A DNA stretch of 64,000 nucleotides from an uncultured Spirochaetota bacterium (GCA_963734495.1 CAVTHK010000003.1:256001-320000); one strand, 5' to 3'. Positions 53,064 through 64,000 are shown, counted from the stretch's first letter. Notes: generated from the letters alone by a model not told the origin. Translations and numbers: made by a program.

Positions 53064-54953
53064 CTATCCCCCGTACATCCCGAGGATCCGGAAGTCGTCG
53101 GTCTCGCCCTTCAGCAGCTCGACGGCCTCGTCGAAGGACTCGCGGGCGGCGGGCATCTCGACGTCGACGTAGAACATGTACTGCCACGGCTTGCCGAGGA
53201 TCGGCCGCGACTCGAGCTTCTTCATGTTGATGCCGCGCTCGGCGAGGACCGACAGCACGCGGTAGAGGCAGCCGGGCCTGTCGGCGGTGTCGAACACGAG
53301 CGAGGCCATCGTGACGGGGGCGCCGCGGCCGGCGCCTTCGCGGGCGATGACGAAGAAGCGGGTGTAGTTGCGCGCGTTGGTCTCGATGCCTTCCTTGAGG
53401 ATGCTCATCCCGTAGACCGCGGCCGCTTCGGCGCTGGCGATCGCCGCGTTCTCCGGCCGCGCCTCGCGCGCGATCATGGCGACGGAGCCCGCGGTGTCGT
53501 AGTAGGGCACCCTCTCCCAGGCGGCGTACCGGTCGAGGAAGCGCGCGCACTGCGCGAGCCCCTGCGGGTGCGAATAGACGCGGCGCACGTCATCGATGCG
53601 CGCGCCGGGAAGGCCGATCAGGTTGTGCACGATGCGGATCTTGCGCTCGCCGACGATCTGGATGTCGGGGTACTCGAGCAGCAGGTCGTAGTTCTCGTGG
53701 ATCGAGCCCGCGAGGGAGTTCTCGATCGGGATGACGCCGTAGCGCGCCTCGCCGCTCAGCACCGCCTCGAAGACGCCGCGGAACTGCGGGCAGGGCAGGG
53801 GCTCGACCGGATCCTGGAACTCCATCTGGATCGCCTTTTCGCTGAACGCCCCCCGCTCCCCCTGGAAGGCCACCCTGGTCCCGGCCGCGGCCGCCTCCGG
53901 CCGCGGCGCCGCGGGCGCGGCTTCCTCCCTCCGCGGCAGCCGCGAGAGCTCCTTGCCGAGCACGGGCGCCATGGCCTCGATGTCGCGCATGAGCTTCTCG
54001 AACTGCTCGGGGTAGATGCTCTGCGGGCCGTCGGAGAGGGCGTGGTCCGGGTCGGGGTGCACCTCGACCATCACCCCGTCGGCGCCCGCGGCGATCGAGG
54101 CGAGCGCCATCGGCGAGACCTTGTCCCGCAGGCCGGTGCCGTGGCTCGGGTCCACGAAGATGGGCAGGTGGCTGAGCTTCTTGACGACCGGGATGGCGCT
54201 GAGGTCCAGCGTGAAGCGCGTGGCCGTCTCGAACGTGCGGATTCCGCGCTCGCACAGGATGACGTGGTCCGCACCGGCCGCGAGCAGGTACTCGGCGGAC
54301 ATCAGCAGGTCTTCGATCGTCGCGGCCAGGCCCCTCTTGAGCATCACGGCCTTGCCGAGCGCGCCGACGGTCCGCAGCAGGTCGAAGTTCTGCATGTTCC
54401 GCGCGCCGATCTGGAAGATGTCGACATAGTCGCGCATGGGCTCGGCCTGGACCGGGGACATGATCTCCGAGATGACAGGCATGCCTGTGGCCTCGCCCGC
54501 CTCTTTGAGATAACGGAGCGCCTCCTCGCCGAGCCCCTGGAACGCGTAAGGCGACGTTCGGGGCTTGAACGCGCCGCCTCGGAGGATCACCGCCCCCGAC
54601 TCCCGCACCGCGTGCGCGGTTTCCAGGAGCTGCTGCCGGCTCTCGATGGAGCACGGACCCGCGATGGCGGTGATGCGCGACCCGCCGATCTTGACGGGCC
54701 CCACGGGGAAGATCGTGTCCTCCTTCTTGAACTCGCGCGACGCGAACTTGTACGGCTTGGTGATCGGGATGACGCTGGCGACGCCGGGAAGCAGCTCGAC
54801 CTCGCGGAGGTCCATCGCCACGACCCCGACCGCGCCGAAGATGGTCTTTTCCTCGCCGACGATCTCCTTGACCCGGAAGCCGCGCGACTCGAGCGTCTCG
54901 CGGATCGCCTGCTTTTCCGGGTCCGTGATGCCCTGCCTGAGGACGATGACCAT
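53064..54953 (-). CDS. aroF: Bifunctional DAHP synthase (type I-beta) / prephenate dehydratase with ACT domain
   Basis: IAGPCSIE, GAFKPRTSPY, IGARNMQN, LKRG, DPSH; then VAFQGERGAFS, PIENS, SHPQ, NYTRF, ESRP. Confidence 0.93.
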   Translation of the reverse strand: MVIVLRQGITDPEKQAIRETLESRGFRVKEIVGEEKTIFGAVGVVAMDLREVELLPGVASVIPITKPYKFASREFKKEDTIFPVGPVKIGGSRITAIAGPCSIESRQQLLETAHAVRESGAVILRGGAFKPRTSPYAFQGLGEEALRYLKEAGEATGMPVISEIMSPVQAEPMRDYVDIFQIGARNMQNFDLLRTVGALGKAVMLKRGLAATIEDLLMSAEYLLAAGADHVILCERGIRTFETATRFTLDLSAIPVVKKLSHLPIFVDPSHGTGLRDKVSPMALASIAAGADGVMVEVHPDPDHALSDGPQSIYPEQFEKLMRDIEAMAPVLGKELSRLPRREEAAPAAPRPEAAAAGTRVAFQGERGAFSEKAIQMEFQDPVEPLPCPQFRGVFEAVLSGEARYGVIPIENSLAGSIHENYDLLLEYPDIQIVGERKIRIVHNLIGLPGARIDDVRRVYSHPQGLAQCARFLDRYAAWERVPYYDTAGSVAMIAREARPENAAIASAEAAAVYGMSILKEGIETNARNYTRFFVIAREGAGRGAPVTMASLVFDTADRPGCLYRVLSVLAERGINMKKLESRPILGKPWQYMFYVDVEMPAARESFDEAVELLKGETDDFRILGMYGG

Positions 54954-55101
54954 GGCGAAGCCTAGGCAGTCCGCTCCGCCGTTGTCAACACCGCGCGGCG
55001 CCCGACGGCCGCGTCGCCCGCGTCGCCCGCGGGCGCGGCGCAGCACGGCGCAGCGCGGCGCGGTTTCCCCGCGGCGCGAATTGCTGGTATAATCCATAAC
55101 A

Positions 55102-56298
55102 ATGAAAAAGAAGGTATTCGCGCTGCTGGAGGGCTGCGAAGGCGTCGATCGTTATCTCAGCGCCCTCGAGGGCGACGTGTACAATGTCGAGCGCATCGGC
55201 GCGGACAGCGCCGGGGTCGGCGCCCTGTCCGAGAGGGTGCACGCCCACGCTGCCGCCGAGGCGGCTCCCTTCATTTTTGTCGTGGACAAGAAGAGGTTCC
55301 GGCACGAGGAGTCCAGCCGGGAGATCTCCCTGGCCATGGCGGCCCACGGGATCGCCGTGGAGCCCGTCTTTCTCGTGGTCGCCAGGAATTTCTCCGTGGA
55401 AGAGATGGGCCGCATCCTCCGCCGCGGCAACCTGTTCGTTCTCCCCCGCACGTCCGGGAGCGCCGCGCGCCCGACGGGCTTTGCGCGCTTCAACGCCGCG
55501 CTCGAGAAGGTCTTTGTCGATTTCGAGCTGCAGAGCCGCCTCGCGCGCTACGTGGCCGACGACCTCCAGAGCTTCGCCCACAACGAGCAGCTGCGCTCCA
55601 CCAAGGAGGAGATCGAGCGGGTCAACCAGGAGCTGGCGCTCCAGAACCGCGTCGACGAGCTGACCAAGCTGCTCAACCGCAGGGGCATCATCGAGAGCAT
55701 GAGGATCGCCAAGGGGCGGGCCGGCCGCGAGCGCTGGCGCCTTGCCGCGAAGGCGGAGCTGGTCGACCCGCAGCGCGGGGTTCCCGCCGGCGAGATCAAC
55801 GAATTCTTCGGCCACCTCTCGTGCATGATGATCGACGTCGATCACTTCAAGCACGTCAACGACAGCTACGGGCATGTGGTCGGAGACGAGGTGCTGCGGT
55901 CGATCGGCAAGCTGTTCCACAGGAAGGGCATCTTCCGCGCGGAGGACATCTGCGGCCGCTACGGCGGCGAGGAGTTCACCGTGATCCTGCCCGCCACCAG
56001 CGCCGTCAACGCGTTCGTGCCCGCGGAGAAGTTCCGGGCGGAGCTCGCGCGGCTCAACTTTTCCTCGGAGCGCGGCGAGAAGTTCCGCGTGACCGCGAGC
56101 ATCGGCATCGCGGAGCTCAGCGACTCCGAGGAGACGATCGACGAGATCGTCAGCAAGGCCGACGCGGCGCTCTATCGGGCCAAGGAGAGCGGCCGCAACA
56201 AGACGGTCATCTACGACGAGGACAGCTTTACGCACGACGACGTGTTCCGCGCGTCCGAAAGGCGCGTCGAAGACATCGAGGAGATCGGCGGCGACTGA
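55102..56298 (+). CDS. Diguanylate cyclase (GGDEF domain)
   Basis: DELTKLLNRR, DVDHFK.VND.YGH..GD, RAED I-site, GGEEF, ADAALY.AK..GRN. Confidence 0.92.
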   Translation: MKKKVFALLEGCEGVDRYLSALEGDVYNVERIGADSAGVGALSERVHAHAAAEAAPFIFVVDKKRFRHEESSREISLAMAAHGIAVEPVFLVVARNFSVEEMGRILRRGNLFVLPRTSGSAARPTGFARFNAALEKVFVDFELQSRLARYVADDLQSFAHNEQLRSTKEEIERVNQELALQNRVDELTKLLNRRGIIESMRIAKGRAGRERWRLAAKAELVDPQRGVPAGEINEFFGHLSCMMIDVDHFKHVNDSYGHVVGDEVLRSIGKLFHRKGIFRAEDICGRYGGEEFTVILPATSAVNAFVPAEKFRAELARLNFSSERGEKFRVTASIGIAELSDSEETIDEIVSKADAALYRAKESGRNKTVIYDEDSFTHDDVFRASERRVEDIEEIGGD

Positions 56299-56347
56299 CC
56301 GGCAGCCGCAGGCGCTGCGGCGCCGCGGCAGCCGCGGGTGCCGGGGA

Positions 56348-57151
56348 CTACTCCCCGGCGAGGGCACGCTCCGCGTACGCCACGCCGCGGCGGAAAATCG
56401 CCATCCCCCCCGCTTCGGCCACCGGCTCCCGCGTCCAGCGGGGGTGGTTCTCCGGGTGCTGGAACGCTTCCGGGTGGGGCATGAGCCCGAAGACGCGGCC
56501 GCTCGCGTCGCACAGGCCGGCAATGTCCCTCACCGAGCCGTTGGGGTTGTCCGGATAGCTCGCGGGCGCCTGCGCCCCGGGCTGCCGCGGCAGGTAGGTC
56601 GCGGCGATGCGGCCGCCTCGCTCGAGCGCTTCCAGGACCCGCGCTTCGGGCGCGATCAGCTTGCCCTCGCCGTGACGTACGGGCAGCTCGGTCGGGGGGA
56701 TCCCTTCGGTCCAGACGCACGCGGAGCGCGGAAAGCCCAGCCTGACCCAGCGGTCCTCGAACTTGCCCGAGTCATTGGCCACGAGCGAGACCTCGGGCTT
56801 TCCCGCCGCCGAGAGGTCGGGCAGGAGCCCCGCTTTCACGAGCACCTGGAACCCGTTGCAGATGCCGATCACGAGGCGGCCGCCGCGGATAAAGCGCTCC
56901 AGCGCCGGGCCGACGCGGCGGCGCAGCAGGACGGCGAGGACGCGGCCCGACCCCAGATGGTCGCCGAACGAGAAGCCGCCCGGGAGCGCGAGGATGTGAC
57001 AGTCGTCCAGCCGGAATACCCCGTCGACGAGGTCGCTCACGTGCACGCCCGCCGGCTCGGCTCCCGCCGCGCGGAACGCGTCGAGCAGCTCCTCGTCCGC
57101 GTTGATGCCCAGCCCCTGCAGCACGCAGACCCGCACCCGCCGGCCGCTCAT
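56348..57151 (-). CDS. purQ: FGAM synthase glutaminase subunit
   Basis: PGGFSFGD, GICNGFQ, RHGEG, NPNGS, MPHPE. Confidence 0.95.
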   Translation of the reverse strand: MSGRRVRVCVLQGLGINADEELLDAFRAAGAEPAGVHVSDLVDGVFRLDDCHILALPGGFSFGDHLGSGRVLAVLLRRRVGPALERFIRGGRLVIGICNGFQVLVKAGLLPDLSAAGKPEVSLVANDSGKFEDRWVRLGFPRSACVWTEGIPPTELPVRHGEGKLIAPEARVLEALERGGRIAATYLPRQPGAQAPASYPDNPNGSVRDIAGLCDASGRVFGLMPHPEAFQHPENHPRWTREPVAEAGGMAIFRRGVAYAERALAGE

Positions 57152-60101
57152 GGCTGCCTCCCGCTCCATGCGCCGCGGACCGCCTCGAGCGTCAGCTCGA
57201 GCAGCGGACGAGCGCCTCGGCTCACGCGAAGGAGCGGCTCACCCAGCACCGAGCCCGCGCGGGCCATCTCGGCGCCGCGCATGCGCCGCTCGAAGGCGGC
57301 GCGGCTTGCGGGACGCACCGAGACCAGGAAGCGCGAAGGCGTCTCGCAGAACAACAGCCGGTCCGCCTCGGCGGCCGCGGGGCCTGCCCCGGCCGGGACC
57401 GCATCGGCGTCCAGCTCCGCTCCGAGCCCGCCTCCGATCGCGGATTCGCACAGCGCCACCGCGAGCCCGCCGTCGGAGAGATCGTGGCAGGACGCGACCA
57501 GCCCCTCGGCGATGGCGCGGTGCAGCGCGCGGTAGCCGGCCATCGCCGCCGCGGGCTCGACGGCCGGGGCCTCGCCCAGGGGCGCGCCCACGAGCCGCTC
57601 GTAAGCCGTGCCGCCGAGCTCGCCGCGCGTCGCTCCCACGACGTAAAGCGCGTCGCCGGCGGACTTGAAGTCCGTCGTCACGGCGCGGCTCACGTCCTCG
57701 ATGATGCCGACGAGCGAGACCAGCAGCGTGGGCCGGACCGAGATCTTGCGGCCGCCGGCGAAGGCGTCGTTCTTCATCGAGTCCTTGCCCGAGATCAGCG
57801 GAAGGCCGTACGCCACGCACGCCTCGGCGAGCCCGCGGCACGCGCGGACGAGCTGCGCGAGCTTGTGCGGCCCGTCCGGGTTGGTCGGCGAAGCGATCGG
57901 GTCCGGCCAGCAGAAGTTGTCGAGCGCCGCTGCCTGATCCGGGTCGCCGCCGCAGCGCCACGTGCGCGCGCAGGGCCTCGTCGACCGCGCACATCGCCAT
58001 CCGCAGCGTGTCGTGGTCGCCGTAGCGCGGGCAGATCCCGTGCGTGACCGTGATGCCCCGGCGGCCGGCGCGCCCGAGCCGCAGCACCGCGCCGTCGGAC
58101 GGGCCGTCCTCGCGCGCGCCGCAGAAGGGCTTGATCACCGAGCGGGCCTGGACCTCGTGATCGTACTGGCGCACCAGGTCCTCTTTGCTCGCGACGTTCG
58201 GGTCCGCGAGGAGGGCGAGCAGGTCCGCGCGGAGGTCGCGGCCCGAGCGGTCCGCTTCGCCGCGAGGCTGCGGGTCCCAGACCGCCTCGAGGCGCATCCG
58301 GGGCAGACCCTCGGCGAGAAAGGCGCACGAAAGGCGCGCTACGAGGCGGCCGTCGTGGAAGACTTCGACCAGCCCGGAGTCCGTGAACTGCGCCGACGAC
58401 CGTGGCCTCGACGCCGCGCCGGCGGGCGAGCGCGAGCAGCTCGCCGGCCTTTTCCGGCGCGACGGCGAGGCTCATGCGCTCCTGCGACTCGGAGAGCAGG
58501 ATCTCCCACGGGGCGAGCCCCGCGTACTTGAGCGGGCACTTGTCGAGCTCGATGCGCACGCCGCCCGGCTCCATCGCCATCTCGCCGAGGGACGACGAGA
58601 GGCCGCCCGCGCCGTTGTCGGTGAGCCCGCGGTACAGGCCGCGGTCGCGGGCCTCCATCAGCAGGTCGGTCATCCGCTTCTGGATGATGGGGTCGCCGAT
58701 CTGCACCGCCGAGGTCGGCGAGGTTTCGTCGAGCGCGAGCGATGAGAACGTCGCCCCGTGGATCCCGTCCTTGCCGATGCGGCCGCCCACCATCACCGCG
58801 AGGTCGCCGGGCTCGACGTGCTTGACCCAGCCCTCCTCGCCGTTGAGGCGCGCCGGGAGGATCCCGCCGGTGCCGCAGAAGACCAGGGGCTTCCCGAGGT
58901 AGCTCTCGTCGAACAGGAACGCGCCCGCCACGACGGGGATGCCCGACTGGTTGCCGCCGTCGACGATCCCGTGATGGACGCCCTCCAGCACCCGCGCGGG
59001 GGGCAGCAGAGCCGCCGGGACCCGGTCCGCCGGAGTCGCCGGGTCGGCGAAGCAGAGGACGTTCGTGTTGAAGATCGGCCGCGCGCCCATGCCCGTGCCG
59101 AGGATGTCGCGGTTGACGCCCACGATGCCGGTGATCGCCCCGCCGTAGGGGTCGAGCGCCGACGGGGAGTTGTGCGTCTCGACCTTGAACGCCAGCAGCG
59201 TCTCCTCGTCGACCTGGATCACGCCCGAGTTGTCGTGGAACACGCTCTTCAGAAAGGGCTTCGCGATCCGCTCCGTGGTGCTGCGGATGTACGTGCGGAA
59301 CAGGGAGTCCACGTGCTCGACGCGGTCCCCCTCCCGGTAGGCGATCGAGGCCGCGAAGATCTTGTGCTTGCAGTGCTCGCTCCACGTCTGGGCGATCATC
59401 TCGAGCTCGACGTCGGTGGCCTCGGCACCGATCCCCGCGGCGGTCCGTTCGCCGCGCCCGGACGCGACGTAGCCGCGGATCGCCCGCATCTCCTCCGTGG
59501 TCAGGGCGAGCAGCCTCCGCCGCGAGAGCGCCGCGAGCTCCTCGTCGCCCATCGCGGCGACGTCGAAGCGCTCGACCCAGGCGGGGCTCGCCGGGACGAC
59601 GTGCGGGTAGAGCGCGGGCGGCCGCTCGCCGCGCTCCCACCGCGCCCGGTCGAGGGCGAGCGCGCTCTGGATCAGGGGGTTGTGGAGGGCGGCGGCGAGA
59701 GCGGCCGCGCCGGCCGCGTCGAAGCTGCCGCCGAACAGGTACTGGCGCGCGGTCTGCACGACGGTTCCCGCCGGCAGCGGATGCCCGAGCACCGTTTCCA
59801 TGGCCTCGCGGGCGGTCAGGGCCACCGTGTCGGTCACGCCCGGTCGCGGCGTCACCTCGATGAGGCACTGCCACCGCGCATGTCGCCCCGCGAGCGGCTC
59901 GTCGATCAGGCCCTCTTCGGCGACCGGATCCGTAAAGGTCTCCTCGACCTGCGCCCGCGTGAGAGCGCACCCGTCGACCAGGTAGACGTCGACGAGCGTG
60001 AGGTCCTCGAGAGGGAGCCCGAGGCCGCGGCGGAGCCGGCCGAGCAGCCGCGCCGCGCGGCCGTCGGTCACGCCGGCGCGAAACGTCACCTCGATCCGCA
60101 C
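57148..60101 (-). CDS. purL: FGAM synthase with N-terminal PurS-like domains; frameshifts near 58390 and 57950
   Basis: QTWSEHCKHK, KVETHNSPS, DGIHGA, DNGAGG, SESQERM, QYDHEVQ, GKDSM, HDLSDGG. Confidence 0.93.
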
Positions 60102-60261
60102 GAACGCGAGACTACACGCCGCGCCCCGGAGGGGCAAGGGGCCGGCGCACCGGACGCCGCGCGAGTCTACGGCGCCGCGGCAGTCCGTTGGCGGTCAGGG
60201 CGGTCGGCGGGGGGCACTGGACACGCCGGATCGACATTGGCTACTTTGCTCTTCCATCGAT

Positions 60262-60771
60262 ATGTCTGAGCCAAGCTGCTTCCGTGCCGGGAATGTGCAC
60301 TCGATTGCCGCCACGGACAAATACGGGGCGATCGCCGAGCTGATCCGCAACGCGGGCGCCCTCGCCGAGGTCGAGGACCTCGGTCAGTTCGAAGAGTGCG
60401 TCATCACGCGCGAAAGGATCGCGGGCACGGGTCTCGGACGGGGCGTGGCCGTGGCTCACGGCAAGACGCCGCTCGTGGACCGTGTCATCGTGACGCTCGG
60501 GGTGTCGAAGGCCGGCATCGACTTCGGGGCGCCTGACGGGCTGCCCGTGCACCTGCTGTTTCTCGTGGCGAGCCCCCCGGACAAAAGCTCTGAATACCTC
60601 ATGGCGCTCTCGGCGATCGCCAGGCTCTGCAAGCTGCAGGAAGTCAAGGAGCGGGTCCTCGGCGCGCCGATCGCCGATGCCGGCCGCTACCTGGCGGATG
60701 TCTTCGCGAGGACCCTGCACAGCCGCTGCGAGCGGCTGGCGGGGAGCCTCGCCCTGAGCAGCCTCTTCTAG
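60262..60771 (+). CDS. Stand-alone PTS EIIA domain protein (fructose/mannitol/Ntr family)
   Basis: RE...TGLG.GVAVAH (phospho-His), GIDFGAPDG.PVHLLF. Confidence 0.88.
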   Translation: MSEPSCFRAGNVHSIAATDKYGAIAELIRNAGALAEVEDLGQFEECVITRERIAGTGLGRGVAVAHGKTPLVDRVIVTLGVSKAGIDFGAPDGLPVHLLFLVASPPDKSSEYLMALSAIARLCKLQEVKERVLGAPIADAGRYLADVFARTLHSRCERLAGSLALSSLF

Positions 60772-60900
60772 GAGCCTGGTCGACGTGCGGCTGACCGCCG
60801 TTCCCGCCGCTTCCGCGGGTCTGGGCACGGCGGACCGTGCCCGATCTAGATCTTCCTGGACTATAGAATAGAAGAAGGCGCCCTCCCGGGAAGGCAGGAC

Positions 60901-61890
60901 ATGCGGATCGACGCTTATGCGCACACAGGGGTGCCCCGGTTCGGCTCCGCCGAGCAGGGTCGGACGTTTCTGGAGTCCGCGGGCATCGACAAGATCGTGT
61001 TCGTGCTCGGGCCGGAGGTGCCGGACCTCGCGCAGATCCCGCTCGCGCACGAGGCCCTCGGCGAGCGCGTGCGCACCTTCGGCATCCCCTTCGGCCGCGA
61101 CGAAGCCCAGGTCGAGGAGATCGCGCGCGCGCAGATCCAGGCGGGAGTCCTCGGCTTCCGCCTCGAGCCGCGCCAGGTGCTGGCCTACCCGCGCGTGCTC
61201 ACCCTCATCGGCGAATCCGCCCGCTGGATCTACGCCACCAATCCCGCGCACTCGGAGCCCGTCTGCAGCGCACTGTCCGAATGGCTGGAGAGCTACCCGG
61301 AGGGCTTCGTCGGCGCGCCTCACTTTCTCATGCCACGGGTGCCGGACGGCGCCCGGCGCCGGGCCGTGGAGCGGCTCGCATCCCACCCGCGGTTCTTTGC
61401 GATCTTCTCGCGCCACGGCGGCGTGGGCAGCGCGATGCCCTATCCCCACGAGGACCTGAGGGACTGGGTGCGCTTCGTCCTCGACCTCTGCGGAAACGGG
61501 CGGGTGCTCTGGGGAAGCGAGTTCCCCGTCTTCACGTGGCGCGGCGAACGCATCGAGGAATGCCTGGCCTGGTACTCCGCGCTCATGCCGGAGACGGCCG
61601 CCGACGCGGTCGAGGGGTTCCTCGGCGGCAACGCTCAGCGGATCATCTTTTCCCGGCCCGCGCCGCCGCGCTCCCGGCCGGCTGCGCCCCCGTGGGTCGA
61701 GCGCCAGTTCGACCGCAACCGGACCGTGCCGCTGTTTCCCCGCGGCCTGGCCCTCCCGATGCCGGTCTACCGCGTCTACCTCGACCGCTACCTGGCCCGC
61801 GTGGCACGGGAGCCGAAGCTGCTGCTCGAGGATGTGTTCCGGGAAGCGCTGACGGAAGCGGCGAAAGACTCAGAAGCGGCGAAAGACTAG
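60901..61890 (+). CDS. Amidohydrolase-2-like TIM-barrel protein
   Basis: IDAYAH, RVLWGSEFP, GGNA; metal ligands are partly degenerate. Confidence 0.7.
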   Translation: MRIDAYAHTGVPRFGSAEQGRTFLESAGIDKIVFVLGPEVPDLAQIPLAHEALGERVRTFGIPFGRDEAQVEEIARAQIQAGVLGFRLEPRQVLAYPRVLTLIGESARWIYATNPAHSEPVCSALSEWLESYPEGFVGAPHFLMPRVPDGARRRAVERLASHPRFFAIFSRHGGVGSAMPYPHEDLRDWVRFVLDLCGNGRVLWGSEFPVFTWRGERIEECLAWYSALMPETAADAVEGFLGGNAQRIIFSRPAPPRSRPAAPPWVERQFDRNRTVPLFPRGLALPMPVYRVYLDRYLARVAREPKLLLEDVFREALTEAAKDSEAAKD

Positions 61891-62486
61891 CGGTCGCGCC
61901 TGCGCGGGAGCTTCCGCTGCGGGGCCTTTCCCCTGGCCTGCCGCTCCCGCTTGGAGCGGCACCGGGCGATGGCGTCCTCGCACTCCTTTACGCCTTCGGG
62001 ATCGGTCTCCTGGCGGTAGGAGGTCTCATAGGCACGCTCCGCCTCCTCGTAGAGCCCGCTCACTTCCAGGGAATAGCCGAGCTCGTACCATGCCTCGGGG
62101 TAGGGGCCCTGAAAGACGTCCTCCACCAGGTTGCGGAGCTCCCGGGTGGCCTCTTCGATCTTTCCCTGGTTGCGCAGGGCGCAGGCCAGGTTGAAGCGCG
62201 CGTCGGTGAACGCGGGGGCCAGCTCCACGGCCCTGCGCAGGAGCGCCACGGCCTCGTCCACGCGGCGGCCGGGGAGCCGGAAGGCGTAGATCCAGCCGAG
62301 ATGATTCAGCGCCTCGAGATGCGACGGGTCCGCGGACAGAACGGTCTCGAGCAGGTCGGCGGCCTGCCGGAAGCGGCCATCGCTCGCAAGCTGGTCCGCC
62401 TCGGCGAACGAGTTCTCGAGGAACGTCCGCTGCTGCGCGTCGTTGCGGATCAGGCGGAAACTTTTGTCCTTGTCGTCCTCGTCCAT
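61887..62486 (-). CDS. Tetratricopeptide repeat protein
   Basis: ALNHLG, ARFNLA, AWYELG TPR signatures. Confidence 0.8.
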   Translation of the reverse strand: MDEDDKDKSFRLIRNDAQQRTFLENSFAEADQLASDGRFRQAADLLETVLSADPSHLEALNHLGWIYAFRLPGRRVDEAVALLRRAVELAPAFTDARFNLACALRNQGKIEEATRELRNLVEDVFQGPYPEAWYELGYSLEVSGLYEEAERAYETSYRQETDPEGVKECEDAIARCRSKRERQARGKAPQRKLPRRRDR

Positions 62487-62674
62487 TTCCTGCTTCCAGC
62501 GCTCAATGTGCCTCGACCGCGTGCTCCGCAGCAAGCCCCGCGGCCAGTGTAGCGTTTTGCGGCCGCCGACGCGAGCCCCGGGAGCGGCCCCGGGCGGCGC
62601 CAGGAGGCGCCCGACCGGGCGACGTCGCCTGATCTCGTTTGATCGCGGGCGCCTTCTTTCCATATAGTTGTCTG

Positions 62675-63406
62675 GTGAGACTGCTTCGGATCGTCAGGGC
62701 GGCGGCCCTTGCCGGCGCGGCTGCCGCAGCCGCCGCGGCTCTCGCCGCCTGCGTCCGGGCGCCGGCCGTGGCGCGGGCCGCCGCGCCCGCCCCGCGGCCC
62801 GGGCGCGAGGTCGGGGTGCCGCCTTCGCTGGCCGCCGGCAGCCTCCTCGTCTCGCGGGCGGGGCTGCAGGACCCCAGCTTCGCCCAGTCCGTCGTGCTCC
62901 TGGTCGAGGCGGGCGAGGACGGCGCCTGGGGGCTGATTCTGAACCGGCCGACGGAGCTCGCGCTCGGCCGTGCCTTCCCCGACGTCGAGGCTTTCCGCGG
63001 GCAGGGCGGCGTGCTGCACTTCGGCGGCCCGGTCGACGCCCAGGCGCGTGCTCGCGCTCGTGCGCACGCAGGCCGAGCCGGATGAGTCGCGCCCCGTGCT
63101 CAAGGGCGTTCGGCTGTGCTGGAGCATGGACGTCATCGGCGGGCTCGCGCGCAACGGAGTCTCCTTTCGCGTGTTCGCCGGCTACGCCGGCTGGGGCGCC
63201 GGGCAGCTCGACGCCGAGCTCGCGCGCGGCGACTGGCACGTGATGAGCGCGAACGAGGCGCTCGTCTTCGACCAGGACGGCGCCGGGCTCTGGGAGCTCC
63301 TCAACCGCAAGTCGTCCACGCTCGTCGTCGAAGCCCCCCGAGTACGGGGGCAAGTGCCGGGGCCGACGACGCGGCCGCCGGCCCTCGGACCGCCCCGGGG
63401 ACGTAG
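62675..63406 (+). CDS. YqgE/AlgH (DUF179) family protein; frameshifted, end approximate
   Basis: DPSFAQSVVLL, GLILNRP, GGPV, FAGYAGW..GQL..EL..GDW. Confidence 0.82.
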
Positions 63407-63408
63407 CG

Positions 63409-64000
63409 GTGACGTTCGTCGGCTTCGGGCTCGGCGCGATCCAGACCGGGCTCTTCCTCTACGAGGCGCGGCGCTCGGGCGCCTTTGACCGGCTGGTGGT
63501 GGCCGAGATCGACAAGCCGCTGGTGCGCGCGGTGCGCGCGAGCGGGAGCGTGTCGGTGAACGTGGCGTGGAGCGACGGCGTCGAGCGCGCCCGCATCGAG
63601 GGCGTGGAGCTGCTCGACCCGAACGAGGCCGCAGACCGCGCCGCGCTGGTCCGCGCGGCAGCCGAGGCGCACGAGCTGGCCACCGCCGTGCCGAGCGTGG
63701 CCGCCTATGGCCGCGGAGGCGAATCCTCGCCTGCCCGCGTGCTCGCTGAGGCGCTTGGCGCCGCCGCCGGCGGACAACGCGTCCTCTACGCGGCAGAGAA
63801 CCACAACCGCGCCGCGGAGATCCTGTCGTCCGCCGTCGGCCCGGCGGCGGCGATCGCCCGGGTTCCAGGCGCTGAACACCGTGATCGGCAAGATGAGCGG
63901 GGTGATCGCGGACCCCGCCGAGATCGAGGAGTCGCGCCTCGCGCCGCTCGCGCCCGGGATCGGCCGCGCGGCGCTCGTCGAGGAGTTCAACCGCATCCTC
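63409..64000 (+). CDS. Mannitol-1-phosphate/altronate dehydrogenase-like protein, 3'-truncated
   Basis: FVGFGLGAIQTG Rossmann start, ATAVP, AAENH, then LNTVIGKM after a frameshift. Confidence 0.6.
   Translation, partial: MTFVGFGLGAIQTGLFLYEARRSGAFDRLVVAEIDKPLVRAVRASGSVSVNVAWSDGVERARIEGVELLDPNEAADRAALVRAAAEAHELATAVPSVAAYGRGGESSPARVLAEALGAAAGGQRVLYAAENHNRAAEILSSAVGPAAAIARVPGAEHRDRQDERGDRGPRRDRGVAPRAARARDRPRGARRGVQPHP

Overview
Very GC-rich bacterial chromosome segment, roughly 70% GC by eye. Several conserved hypothetical proteins and lipoproteins, a FecR-type secreted protein and a DAHP synthase-prephenate dehydratase fusion suggest an uncultured Spirochaetota (inference). Many genes contain single-base frameshifts that look like long-read consensus errors, so their coordinates are stitched across frames. 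Housekeeping genes include trxA, hom plus an ApgM-like gene, a sugar ABC ATPase, argF, dinB, murE, uvrC, aroF-pheA and purL/purQ. The main feature is a ~19 kb hydrogen-metabolism island (31.7-50.3 kb). It holds a DtxR-family regulator with feoAB; a trimeric [FeFe]-hydrogenase whose NuoF-like subunit is fused to a GltD/NfnB-like flavoprotein; a divergently transcribed group 3d [NiFe]-hydrogenase (hoxFUYHW) followed by a lone receiver protein; and a convergent histidine-kinase-fused sensory [FeFe]-hydrogenase with a REC-PAS-HK hybrid kinase. Also notable: a biotin-dependent carboxytransferase operon lacking both biotin carboxylase and the Na+-pump beta subunit, a Patescibacteria-like PEGA + GT2 gene pair, an orphan adenine methyltransferase, two paired direct repeats each with 66-bp spacing, and many apparently leaderless promoters. 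No rRNA, tRNA, CRISPR array or mobile element was recognised.
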